64,000 bases of DNA from Vicugna vicugna (Eukaryota), in assembly GCA_013265495.1 (NCBI GenBank), contig MU057887.1, positions 2,575,576 to 2,639,575 of the forward strand. The letters are read 5' to 3'. Shown piece after piece: positions 13,335 to 25,300 of this stretch (its first letter is position 1; every line of letters starts with the position of its first letter). The notes under the pieces are model-generated. The model was not told the origin of the DNA. It did no database searches and saw only the letters and a list, made by a program, of their open reading frames with translations. Made by a program: the position numbers and the translations under genes.

Positions 13335-16269
13335 TTGTGGCTTCTGTTGTTCTTATTAGAATTAATTTTTGTTTAAAGAATGGATGACCATCCCATTGAT
13401 ATCTCAGACATAACACAGACTTCCCGTTGAAAGTGCTTTGGTATTTGGTACTTCAAGGGTGCATCTCAGCACACCCACCAGGGAAAGCAGGGCACACACT
13501 CTGGTTTTCTCTTGACCCAATTGCTGATGGGGAGCAGATTCAGCAAAGAGACCCTCTCGACCACCAGTGGGCTGCCCTGCCCACCTCCACCTCCTCACTA
13601 AGGGACACTGCAGAGTCCTGGACAGAACTGTGCCCCAGTTCTCTACAGCTCCTCAAAATTGGGCCCCATCCTTGGCCTGGACCGAATACATTCATCAAAT
13701 GATGCAGACGCCTTCTCTCTCTCATCCTTCACTGAGAGCAGACTGACAGGAGGGAGTGTTAACCAGGGATGATGGCGAGGGATGGAGAAGAGACAAGGGG
13801 AAGGAGAAAAGGGAAGGAGCCCGAGGGAGTGGTGACCGTGTCCCTCCCTGGAAGCAAGGGGCTCCAGTGGGAAGAAAGGCCACTCGGAGCTTCGGAAACA
13901 GTGGAGAATTCCCTGAGCCCCAGAGCGGAGTCCGATTGTGGGGAACCTCCACGAGTCGCCAGGCTTCCGCAGCATCCCTCAGGAGCCTGCTTCCCAACCC
14001 CCTCCCCCAGGGTGAGCCCCTGTCCGGTGGGTGGGGCGGGGGCATCTGCGCGTCACAGCCATGCTCCGAGGGGCCGGGCCAGGGGTGAAGCCGTGCCCTG
14101 GGGGCCTGCTCTCTGCCCTCCAGAGCCCCCCTGAGAAGGCTTCGTCCACCTCCCTGCGTGAGCTCTGCTCTCCAGGGCAGGCTCTCCTCACGCTGGAAAG
14201 GCTCTAGAACAAGCACCTCTTGGTTATTCCTCAACTGGCTTAGGATTTATCAAGAGAAAGAAGCCAGCTAGGCACCTCCTTAAACCCCGACGTGCAGCAC
14301 ATTTTGCAGGAAACCTTGGTCATGACAATTGATAACTAGACTGGAAACCAAAGGAGCAATGGGGCGGCCTTGGCTTCAGTGTGGCCAGGATGGAGGGACA
14401 GGACTTGAGCCAGGCTGGTCTCTCTCCACCGCACTGGCCGCGGCGAGCCCAGGGCTCCCGGCGTTTCTGGCTGACGCTCACCTGCGCAGACACGGCGCCT
14501 CCAGCCTGTGCCGCAGGGACTGCGGTGTCAGAGGCCGGGTGAGCAAAGGGGGGCAGTGAGGTCCCGGCAGACACGTCTCGGATGGACTGAGCTTCTACGA
14601 CCTGGAGACACCACAGTGGCCACGAGATGTTTGGGTTGCAGGTCACTAATGGGTGAGTCTGGAGCCTCTAGGCTGTAAGGACTGGCACGAAAGGACATGA
14701 GATAGGGGCCCAAATCCACCCCTCTTCATCTTAGCTTGAAAAACATGGAGCCCAGGAGGGCAGGGCCGGAATGGTTTCTTACATGTCCCCAGACTCCTGG
14801 ACGTGGCTCCCACAGCACGGTCTCAGGGAGGATCTGAATGTGTAATCCTACAGGCCTGGTGAGGGCTTTAATGGGTGAGATCACGAGGAATTGCAGGAGG
14901 GCGATTACGTGAGGGATGCAGTTCACTGCTGGTCCAAACCCCGCAACGGGGAGCCCTAGACTTGCAGAGCAGATGGTTTGGAACCAGAGAAGAACATTCG
15001 CCTGGGTATCCCGGAGAGCAGCAGCAGGTTTTAGCTCTGGGTGGCGGAGAGGAAGCCGGGGGTCAGGTTCTGAAGGAAGACAGGGGCCCCTGTGAGGGAA
15101 GCTTGATAGTCCAAAGAAGATACTCCACATTTATTTCTCTTAAAGACAGGACAGTAAAGGGCAAGTATTTTGTTGTAAGTGGGACTGAAATGCTCTTTCT
15201 CTGATGCAAGAAATCAACAGAAAAAGAGAAGGGGAAAACTTGAAATGTGGACCCCACGACAGCCCCCCAGAGGACAGCAGCGAGGGCTCAGGAGAGCCGG
15301 CTTCAGGTGTGGGGCCAACTATGACAAGCCGCGTTTTACCTCCCAACAGGTTAGAGGGGCTCACAGTCACACAGCTGCTCCGTGTGTGGGCAGCAGGTGT
15401 GGCGTGATCCAAGTGCACAGGCCTGGGGAGCATGGGGGCAGGGATGAGCCCTGTGGTCCCCTATCAGTCAAGGCCAGTTGCAGGGTAAACATGGGTCTGA
15501 ACTGGGAATGGACGTCTGCTCCTGGGCTCCCAGCCCACCCAGGGGAAAGAGCACTGGCCGGGCGGCCCCGACCCCAGGCTCCTGAGTGCGCTTCTGCTGA
15601 GGGAGAAGTGAGTGGCAGAATCTAGAGGAGGCAGAGAGGACAAATCTGAGACCCCAAACCAAGACCAACTGAAAAGCACGAAAGCCTCTTGACCCCTCAC
15701 TCTCGCTCCTGCAAGGGGAAGACAAAGGAAGCCTCGGTTCCAGGTTAAAAATGCTACCACTCAGGCCACCTGGACACGGGAGAGGGAGCACTGGAGACAG
15801 ATTTCACTGGCTGGAAAAACATGTGACAGCAGGAGACGGTTCTGCTGCCACCGAAGAGGCCTCATTTACTCAAGGTCTCAGCCACCCGAAGGCCAAGAAC
15901 AGAGTCAGGAAGAGCTGAGGTGTCCTCTGACCCCGCAGCCTTCCAGGGGCCCCGGCGTCTGCAGCATCAGAGGCAGGTTCTGCTCAGGAATCTGATGAGA
16001 GGGGTCTCTGGCCGAGACCAGCATGGGATGGACGTTCGATGTCAGAGGCTCAGGCCATTCCAGAGCAAGGGGCAGCTGCCCAGGCCACGTGGGACAGAGC
16101 AGCCAATGCCTTTTCAGGAGGAAGGGTGGGGGCAAGGGGTGCTGGGATGTGAGCTCAGTGGAGAAACAGCAACTCTGCATTTTAGCTGAGTGGGATGGAT
16201 AAGGGGGCCACAATGCAGGATTTTACCCTAGTGGTAAAATCTGGCCTCTCCCCAGGCAGGGTAATGACC

Positions 16270-16541
16270 GTGAGCAGTGTGCATGAAAACCGTTGCCTGC
16301 CGTCTCAGTGCACAAAGGATGCTGCAGCCATCGAGCCCTCAGCCACTGCAGCTGCCCTGGCTGTGCACCCCGAGGGGATTCAGGATGCAGAAGAGCAGGA
16401 CACTGGCCCTAGAGAGTTAAGATGCACATCAAAGGGATGATTTCATTAAGCCCAGGCTCTAGCACCTTCCCGTACATAGAAAAGTGCTAAGTTCATTAAC
16501 CTGAGATGTCTGTTTTTCTTTTTAATTAATAGTAATCTTTT
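16270..16541 (+). mobile_element. Endogenous retrovirus LTR fragment (cetartiodactyl ERV1-like), truncated by an L1
   Basis: gcagccatcgagccctcagccactgcagc...gaggggattcaggatg...cccgtacatagaaaag...gtaatctttt resembles an LTR I recall from ruminant-type genomes. Subfamily not assigned. Confidence 0.6.
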
Positions 16542-17048
16542 AAGTTGTGGTATATGTATTTACAATGGAATACTACTCACCCATAAAAAGAATAAAATAA
16601 TGCTATTTGCAGCAACATGGATGGACCTAGAGACTGCCATTGGAAATAAAGTGAGCCAGAAAGAGAAAGAAAAATACGATGTGATATCTCTTACATATGG
16701 AATCTAAAAAAAAAAAGAAAGGGAAAAAGAGGACACTAATGAACTCATCTACAAAACAGAAACAGACTCTTAGACTTAGAAAACAAACTTATGGCTACCA
16801 AAGGAGAAAGGGGGGAGGGATAAGTTGGGAGTTTGGGATTAGCCGCTACACACTACTGTACATAAAATGGATAAACAACAAGGACCTACCGTACAGCACA
16901 GGGAACTATATTCAATATTTTGAAATAACCTATAATGGAAAAGAATTTGAAAAAAGATATATATGTGTGTGTATAACTGAATCGCTTGGCTGAACACCTG
17001 AAACTAGCACAACATTGTAAATCAACTGCACTTCAATTAAAAAAAAAG
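16542..17048 (+). mobile_element. Young 5'-truncated LINE-1 3' end with A tail
   Basis: caatggaatactactca...gcagcaacatggatggacctagag...cacagggaactatattcaata...cacttcaattaaaaaaaaa. Confidence 0.93.
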
Positions 17049-17054
17049 CAGCAG

Positions 17055-18290
17055 CTATAATGGAAATTGTCAGAAAGATTGGATGTACTTATGTGAGAAA
17101 GAAAGAAAAGAAAGATGAACTTAGATCCTTACCTCACACCACACATGAAAATGAACTCAAAATGGGTCAGAGACCTAAATATAAAAGCTAAAACTATATA
17201 AATTCCAGAATAAAACACAGGAGATCTTGAGTTGTGCAAAATTTTGTTAGATGTGATACCAAAAGCATAGTCCTTTAAAAACAGTGATGCAAGAAATCAA
17301 CAGGAAAAGAAAATTTTATCAAAATTAAAAACTGCTCTTAAGGAGGCACCTCTAAGACAAAAAGCCGAGCAGCAGACCAGGAGAAAGTACCTGCAGATCA
17401 CGCGTCTGACGGAGTCTCTGTGTCCACGACGGAGCGACAGGTCCTATGGCTGAGTGACAGAGGAGCGAACAGCCCCGGGGGAAACGGGCCACACACGGGA
17501 GCAGAACACTCTCCAGAGCAGAGAAGCGCGTGGTTGACAGGCACACGGGAAGATGCCTGGCACTCAGGCGCGAGGGAAACGCAAACTAGCGTCACGATGA
17601 GATCCTCGCACCCAGCAGGGACTATCGACAGAAACGTGGATAAAGCCAAGCATTGGTGAAGACGGAGCAACGACAACCCAAATTCATTCTGGGCGCAGGA
17701 CAAAACGGTGCCGTCACTTTGGGAATGAGCTTGACAGGTTTTCTAAAACTTACATGTACACTCTTCGCGTGGCCGGATGGCCCCACCCCTTGGCAGGTAC
17801 CCAAGGGAAAGGAAGCTATGTGCTCATACAGAAGCGTGTGTGCAGCATCCATCCCGGCATTATCCAAAACAGCCAAACGGGGGGACCACCCGGGTGCCCG
17901 CCCACTGGCGAGTGGGCGAACAGCAGTGCTGTGCCCCTGCAATGGAACACGACGGTGCCGCAGGAAGGGCACAGCCCCCTGGTGCCTGCAAAGACACGGG
18001 TGACTCTCAGGTGTGTTACTGTGAGTGAAGGATGCGAGCTGCGTGATTGCCCCATCTGGCATTCCGGGAAAGGCAAAACTAGAGAGACAAAAACAGGCGA
18101 GTGGCTGCCACAGCCTGGGGTTTGGATGAGGGCTGGCCGCCAAGGGCTGGGGGGCACCTTTTGGGAGATGGAGCCGTTCTGGGTCTCCATCGTGCTAGTG
18201 GTCACATCGCTGTGTTCTTGTTTCAGGATCTATAGGTCCGTACACCACAAAAGGGTGTCTTTGCTGGCAAAACAGCTAATATAAGTAAAC
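17055..18290 (+). mobile_element. Old LINE-1 (L1MC/MD-like) ORF2 end and 3'UTR, partly GC-shifted
   Basis: ccttacctcacaccacac...aactcaaaatggg...agacctaaatataaaagctaaaactat; 3'UTR motif ggaaaggcaaaactagagagaca. Confidence 0.85.
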
Positions 18291-18931
18291 ACCCACCTCA
18301 CCCCGCTGGCTGCTGGGCCTTGACTGCCCCCTCACTGGCCCCAGGCTCCCCCACGGGCAGCAGCCCAGCTTGGGGGAAGGCAGAGCAGCCATGGTTCTTC
18401 TGGGTGGCAGTGATGGGGGGGAGGCAGAGCAAAGGATCCTCAGCGCCGAAAACCACTCCCACTCTGGTCTCCACCCTCAACGAGCCTTTCCGTCCTCGGC
18501 GTCCATGGGCCTCCATGTGCGTCCCCCCTGCAGGACGTGGACGTGGACGAGCCCTTTCCTGCGGGGCCCCAGCTCAGCGCACGTGCCGGGGCCCTGGCAC
18601 GTGGGAGGCGCTGCCCTCTGGGTGCCTGTGGGGCTGTGCTGGTCTCCCAGGGCTGTGGCAACGAAGCACCGCAACCGGGAGCCCTAAACAGCAGGAACTT
18701 ACTCTCACCGCTCGCTCCGGAGGCCTGAGACCGAGGCGTCGGCAGGGCCGCCGCCTCCTGCGGGCTGTGGCCACAGCCCCCGCGCTCCGGGCGTGTGCTG
18801 GCCATCCCGGGCCTTCCTTGGGCTGCAGAAGCGTCACTCGGATGGCTGCTCCGTGGACTCGATCCCGGGCCTTCTCCCTGTGCGTGTGCCTCTGTGCCCG
18901 GAGTCCCCTTTTCCACAAGGACAGTGGCAGC

Positions 18932-19350
18932 GGGGAGGGCACAGCCCAGCGCAGAGTGTGTGCTGAGCACGCCCGGGGTCCTGGGCTCCACCCGCAGCGC
19001 CCCCGCTGAGCGTTAGTAAGAGAACTGTTTACTGCGTCTGGGAGACTGTTTCGTGGTAAACAATTTTACAGTTACTGGGGAAAAGGAGGTGGGAAGGGAT
19101 AAACTTGGGAGTTTGAGATTTGCAAATGTTAACCACTATATATAAAATAGATTAAAAAAAAACAAATTTCTTCTGCATAGCACAGGGAACTATGTTCAAT
19201 ATCTTTTAATAACCTTTAATGAAAAAGAATATGAAAACGAATATATGTGTATATGTGCATGACTGGACATTACACAAAAAATAAATGAATAAATAAATAA
19301 ATAAGTAAAGGAATAAAATAGACCTAATTGCCTCCCTCCTCACCCTCAAA
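18932..19350 (+). mobile_element. tRNA-Ala-derived camelid SINE (vic-1-like), split by an L1 fragment
   Basis: Head ggggagggcacagcccagcgcagagtgtgtgctgagcac...gtcctggg and tail gacctaattgcctccc; aaggaca is duplicated on both sides. Confidence 0.8.
19016..19275 (+). mobile_element. Short young LINE-1 3'UTR fragment with inverted 5' piece (19016-19051)
   Basis: gggataaacttgggagtttgagatttg...catagcacagggaactatgttcaatatc. The reverse complement of 19016-19051 reads aaacagtctcccagacgcagtaaacag, the L1 segment just upstream. Confidence 0.85.
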
Positions 19351-22300
19351 ATAAGGACACCGGTCTTACTGGAATGGGGCGCACGCCTACAACCTCACCT
19401 TAACCAGCCACACCTGCAAGGGCCCTGTTTCCAAGGAAGGTCACATCCGGAGGTTCTGGGGGTCAGGACTCACATCTGAAGTTTGCAGGGAGCATAATTC
19501 AGCCGCAGCGAGGCCCGAGCCCAGGACGCAGGGGAGCCCCCAGCGGTGAGAGGACTCCCTGGGTGAGAGTGAAGGCGCTCTGCAGAGGGGACCAGCGGTG
19601 CTTCGCCTCCCGGGGACCCGGCCATCGGGGCTGAAACCACGGCCCTGGTGCTGTCCCGACTGCACCTGCCCCAGCCCAGCGCCAGGAGGACAGAGGAGAC
19701 GGACGAAGCTGCAGGGAGGCCTTCCTGGGCAGGGAGGCATGCCCAGACCTTCACACGCACTCGCCACAAGCCTCGTCTGCTGGTCTGTTTACAAACCCCG
19801 ATGGCGCAGCCTCACTGTCCGCCTGCCTCCAATTAACACCGACGTAACGCCTCGCCGGGCTGAGCGTGTGCAAATCCGGCCCCCGCGGTCCGGTCCCTGT
19901 GCAGCCAGGCGGGCCCGCGGCTCCGGGAGCGCTGGTTCCCGCACACCCCGGCCGGGCTGCCTCTGGTGCTGCTAGGTTCAACCCAGCCCCGGGAAAGCTG
20001 CTGATTGAATGTTTTCAAATTTTGTGCTGGAGCCCGGAGGCAGTGTTCTCTCAGAGGGCACGGATTTTACAAATTGGAAAAAAATAAAAGTACAATAAAT
20101 CAAAGCTCTTTTCTTTCTCTCCCTGTGCTCGTTAACTTTAGGACCAGACCAGGGTGACTGGACGGGGCTGGAGGAAGTCTGTGAACTTCCTGGAAAACCC
20201 CAGAGCTGTGGTCCCTCTGAGTCCCAGGGCTCTGCCCACTTCTCAAGCAAGAGTCAGGACTCGGCGGCGTCGGCCCGTCAGGACCCCGCACTCCTCGCCT
20301 GGCCACCCCAAGTCCGATCGGCCGGAGGCCCCGGCTGCCCTGCTGTAAGAGTCTGTATTTCCCACCCAGTGGTGGAAGGGAGGAAGCTACCATGAGGTAC
20401 CGAAACGTGGACGCCTGGCTCCTGCTGAGGATGGTCAGGCCTTGGTCCCCTCAGCGCGCGCGCACACACACACGCCTGATCACTTCTCAGGCAGCTGAGG
20501 GATCCTTGGGTGGGGGGCTCTGTGACACGGTGTGCTCCGCCTTGAGGGTCTCCAAGCTCAGTCCAGACCCTCAGCCTGGCGTGGAGCCTGGAGGAGTGTG
20601 TTGGGCAGATGGATGGGTCTGAGGTGGGAGGTCCGGGCAGCGAGCAGATAAGCACAGTTGCCGTCTCGGTGGGGGGCAAACTCACGATTTTCTATCGTAA
20701 CTGCTCCCGTGGTCACTGAGGCTCCACCATCAATGCATTGCCCTGGAGAAGCCTCAACTAAAACGCAAGCAGCGAGGGTACAGCCCAGCGGGACAGCACA
20801 TGGGATGGGTGAGCGAGGTCCCTCCACTGGGACGAAGATGGAGGAAAGAAGCATCAGAGTGTGGAGGCTCCGCCCCAACCTGGGCCTGCTCCAGACGTTC
20901 TCCGGGTGGGGGTGGAGCAGAGGGAGCAGGGAGGGAAGAGTCACGTAGAGGCTGCCAGGGAGAGGGACCCCAAGCCTCAAGCCAGTGGCCTCGAAACCTC
21001 TAGATCTCTGTCCGAGGAGAAGCATTTCTGCCTGCCTGGCACCTGAGACGCCTGCTCTGGGCACCGCACACATCACGCACCTGAAACAAGGCGGTGCGGC
21101 CCTCCGCCCGGCCTCCCGGAACCAGCCGTCATCCTGTTTAGGGACACAGTGGACGTGCAGACTGCTTTTCCGAGACCCAGGTCTTGAGCGGGTGGGGACA
21201 GGAGTCGTGTTAACTGCAGACAGTCATGTCACAAGCTGGGGGCGACCCCACCCATGGAGACAAAGGGCGATGCTGATTAGGGCTTCTGCCCTTAAGGGGC
21301 AAGAAAGATGGGTTCCGGCCTTGATTCCTGTGTCCCAGTGGTTTCTTATTTATATGGTGCCCGCGCGGTATTTGTGTGTGTGGCGGTGCCCTCCTTTCGG
21401 CTCCATGCGGTGCGATTGGAGTCTGCCGCGAGCCGGGGAGGTTACACTGCATGAATATTTTATTGGGACACGTGCGTAGGTAAGGAAATGAGGTTCACGC
21501 AGAGTCTGACAGAGCGGACCGGATCCCGCGTGATGGGGACACGCGGCCCAATGTTCTTCTCTTTGACAAATAAAAGACCTCGAGAGCCCGGTGCTTTATT
21601 AGGACACAGGGAAGGGAATTAGCTCCTTTCCATCTGTCACGGGCCGGTGATGAAGGGCCTCCCCCAGTCTCCTCTGTGCAGCCTGCCACGAGTCTGCTGT
21701 TAACCACGTTCCCTCCCAAGCAGGAGGCCAGAACGAGCGAGAGCAGAAGTGGCACAAACAGGGGGCGGGCGGGACACTCACCTGCGCGCCGTGCAGCACC
21801 CCGCTGCGGCCCCTGGGCCGTGTCTTCGGTTTGGGCTCTTTTTTGACATTGGCTGAGGGACACTACAGACAAGGTGCCAAATTTAGCAGATTTCGAGCTG
21901 GTGGGGACAGAGGAGGTGGGTCTGTTCCTCCCAAGGCGCAGGAAGACTCCTGCTCCCTGTGACTTTGAAAGGATGGTAAGCACAGATGCACGCAGCAGCC
22001 AGAGGTGGAAACCGCCCCACGTCCACCCCCAGGGGAGCAGGTGCACAGGCTGGGCAAGCCGGACGCTGGAGCCTTACTCAGCCACCTCGGGGGAGGAAGT
22101 CCCGACCCAGAGTCAGGATGAGCCTTGGGAAGATTCGGCTCAGCAAAATGAGCCCGTCACAGGAGCATCCTGGGGCAAGGCTTTTACTGTTTGCAAGCTC
22201 ACCGGGAAGTCGCTGGACCGTGCTGGGCCTCCGTGTGGACTCAAGACTGACCTCCCAGGGCAGGGAGGCTGTGCTAAGAGGGTGCAAAGCCTCAAAGGGC

Positions 22301-25300
22301 CTCCTGCCACCCAGCCCCCAATGCCCAGTGCCTCCATCCCCTGGCAGCTTGGGTCGCATTCAGGCTCCCATCCACTGGGGAGGGCACATTCCAGAGGGGC
22401 GGGCCCTGGAGTGCGTGCTGCCCCTCCCCAGGGCCTGGGCGGCGTGGGTGAGCCTCCTCTGGCAGCTGGAACCAGCTGGGGCCACATGGGACATGCACGG
22501 GGCAGCGCGGGAGAGAAAGGGTATAAGTCCAGCTCTGCCCGAGGCTTCAGCCAAGCAGGCGAGCCCACGTTTGCAAAGGGCCTTTCCTAGAGGTGGGCGG
22601 CAGTGGGGAGTCCCAGAAGCACAGAGCAGCCCCTGTCACCAGGGAGCTCAGAGCCTGGCCGGGCCGGTGGGGGGGCCACAGCGGGCCTGCACATCCGTGA
22701 TGCTGGCCGGCCCGGGCCCCCGCTGTCTGGGCCCAACGGGAGGCGGGCTTGGGCTGGGCTGCTCCAGGGAGGCTGGACTTGCAGGGTCCAGAGAGCCTGG
22801 GCGGCAGAGAAGCCAGGCAAGGACTCCCCCGGCTGCAGGAGGCAGCTCGAAAGGTAGACGGTCTCCCTCCGAGGATCTAGGAAAGTGGGCCAGCGCTGGG
22901 CAGGGAGACCGCAGAGCCCTGGTGGGAACATGCCTGGGAGGAGGCCCTGGGGACGGTGACAGGGCAAGGGTCTGTCAGGACAGGCGCTCAGCGTCAGAGG
23001 CTCGCCTGTGAGGAAACCACCTGGATGTGCCTCCCAGCAGGGGCTGTCCTCTGTCTCCCCTCTGAGACTTGAAGTGAGCCCCCCATGCACATGTGCACAC
23101 ACAGGTACGGGACAAACACAGGCACATGCACGTGTGCACACACACGGAACCCCAGGCTGTCAGGGACAAGGGCATCCGTCCTGGCCGTGGGGGCCGTGGA
23201 AGCAGCCCTGGCCTTGGGCAGGACGCCCTTGAACCTGCTCACGTCTGTCTTCTCCCTGATGCTGCCTCGTCAGCCGTCAGGCGTGGACCCAGCCTCCGAG
23301 AGCGGCGGGGGTGGGGGCGGGGGTGGACCTGCAGCCTGGGGGTCAGGACTCAAGGCCCTGCACCTGGATGTGGCAGTGGAAACTGGTACCTGTGTGATCG
23401 GCGGCCACAGAGCAAGGGAGCCGGGGAGAGGCCACCGGTGACATTTTGGGAACTGAAGATGGAAGCGGGACCAAGGAGGGAAAGTGAGGCGCTTTCATTC
23501 GCTCTCTTTTCACAGAGAGCCCATCGGAGAGAAATTCTAAGGAAGCCGTCTGAGTTATGGGCCAGAGGGAGGACAGGGCAGGAGGGCAGGGAGCATCTTT
23601 ACTCCCGGCTCCAGTCCTGGCCCCCTGCCCCTCGACCGTCCCCACCCCTGGGTCCAGACCACCCCCCCAGCCCCTGCTCAGCAGGCCGCGCCCCTCCTGA
23701 TGGGCTGGGTTCCCCGTGTGGACAGAGCTCCTGCAGCCTAGCCTCCCAGTCTTCTCCCTCCTCCGGCAGCAGAGAACCCGGGCCTGGAGCTGGGAGGGGC
23801 ACACAATCGCCCCCACCCCACCCCGTCAATGGGTGGTAGGACCCAGCCCCACATGGGGTGTGAGATCATCTTGGATCCACCCCCAGCTTGGTCTGGAGGA
23901 GAAGTTTCTGGAACAAGCCGGAGCAATCTCATTCCTGCCGCTGGAGGTTGCTGTGGCCCGGGCCCAGCAGCCTCGCCCCTGCTGTCCCCACTAAGGGGGC
24001 TGGGCGGGCGGGTGCCCAGCTGGCTCCCCCTGAAAGCAGCCACCCGATTCCCAGGCCGGCCTGGACGCCGAGCGCCTTCCGCGGGGCCTCCTGCCCGGGG
24101 CCGGCGCCCAGGGATTACCCGGCCTGCGAGGGCCTCACGGGCGGCGTGGCCTTGGCAATTACTGAAAAGGAAGCATGGTTATTATTCATGTCGTGTGTTG
24201 AGAAATCTCTATAAAGTTTTACAGCCGCAAATGTAAAAGGGGTTTTTTATTGGCTTAACATTCCTCCCCAGTCTCCTGCCCCCTCCCAGGAGCTGCCGCT
24301 TCCCCCTGCCTTCTCAGAGCCGGGGGGCCCCAGAGAAAGCATCCGCTGTGCCCTCGGGAGGTGCAGGAGCGCCTGCAGGGAGTGTGGGATGCTCCCGTCC
24401 CGGAGCCCACGCCCACTCACGGGGTCTCGTCTCCTGTGGGGTCCCAGCCACCCCTGAAGGCAGCAGCCTCTCCCAGATTCCTCCGCAAGTAGGTTCTGAA
24501 GGCCTGGGGTGGATCTGATACAGCCCAGGTCCTGAGAACTCAGAGGTGGGAAAGATGTTTACTTTCTGAAGGAAAAGAGAGACATGAAGAAACATGTAAC
24601 CGCATATACAGGGCACGGGTGTGGCCCAGGGCCCCACCCGAGAGACTCACGTGGCCCTGTCCCTGGAATGTGATTAATGGGACACTTTCCTTTTGCACGG
24701 GGCCCAGCGGGGTGGAGGCAGAGAGCGTCCAGGTCGAGGAGGATGGGGGCACCCACAGTGGGTGGCTGGGAGGGGGACCCAGAAGAAGAGGGCCGTGGGA
24801 GCAGAGAGCGGAGCAGACCGGGGCCAGGAGCACAGAGGCTGAGGGAAAGCCGCTCGGGCAGAGGGCCAGGCTGGGACACCACCACCGGCAGAAAGAAGAG
24901 CCTGGAGACTGAGGAGAGGCAGGAAGGCCATGTGGTTAGAACACAGGACGGTGGCAGGGATGGTCGGGCCTCACCAGCCAGGGGTGCTTGGGCCCCAGTT
25001 GAGGGATGTGGGGAGCTGTTTTGAGGGAGTGGATAGCGTTATCCAATCTTTCCTCCTAAAGATTGCCCTGGCCACGGTGCGAGAATTAGAGTGAAGGGCA
25101 GGAGGGGCAGGCAACTGGGCAGAGGTGGCCGCAGCAGCGTGGTTAGGGGCTGTGACACCTTGGGCGTGCCAGCAGGGAGGTGGTGAGGAGCTCCGGGGAG
25201 GGACCCGCACGAGGCCTGCTGGACGGACAGCACCAGTCAGGCGGGATGCTCAGATAGAAGTCACCGTGCTCGGCCCCTGTGGCTTCCTTCCCCGCGTGCC

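Larger units (their letters stand above)
18630..19510 (-). mobile_element. MaLR (MLT1A-C-like) solo LTR, interrupted at about 18932-19350
   Basis: The right part matches the reverse MLT1 5' end (aaggacacc...ccctgtttccaaggaaggtcacatccggaggttctgggggtcaggact...ataattcagcc). The left part is a GC-shifted continuation. Confidence 0.85.

Noticed and set aside
12914..13387. Poly-His ORF (+) and poly-Met/Val ORF (-)
   Set aside because: Both are translations of the (CAY)n microsatellite, with no coding context.
870..19795. 14-bp inverted match ggtctgtttacaaa (870-883 and 19782-19795)
   Set aside because: Short, centred on a common forkhead motif and 19 kb apart. There is no evidence for terminal inverted repeats.
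21869..21975. Possible plus-strand exon ending in ATG|GTAAGC
   Set aside because: The donor is good, but the acceptor lacks an adjacent pyrimidine tract and the peptide is unrecognisable.
21874..23839. Overlapping 238-341 aa ORFs
   Set aside because: Rich in Pro/Gly/Ala/Arg, open in several frames, no recognisable domain. This is expected in GC-rich DNA with few stop codons.
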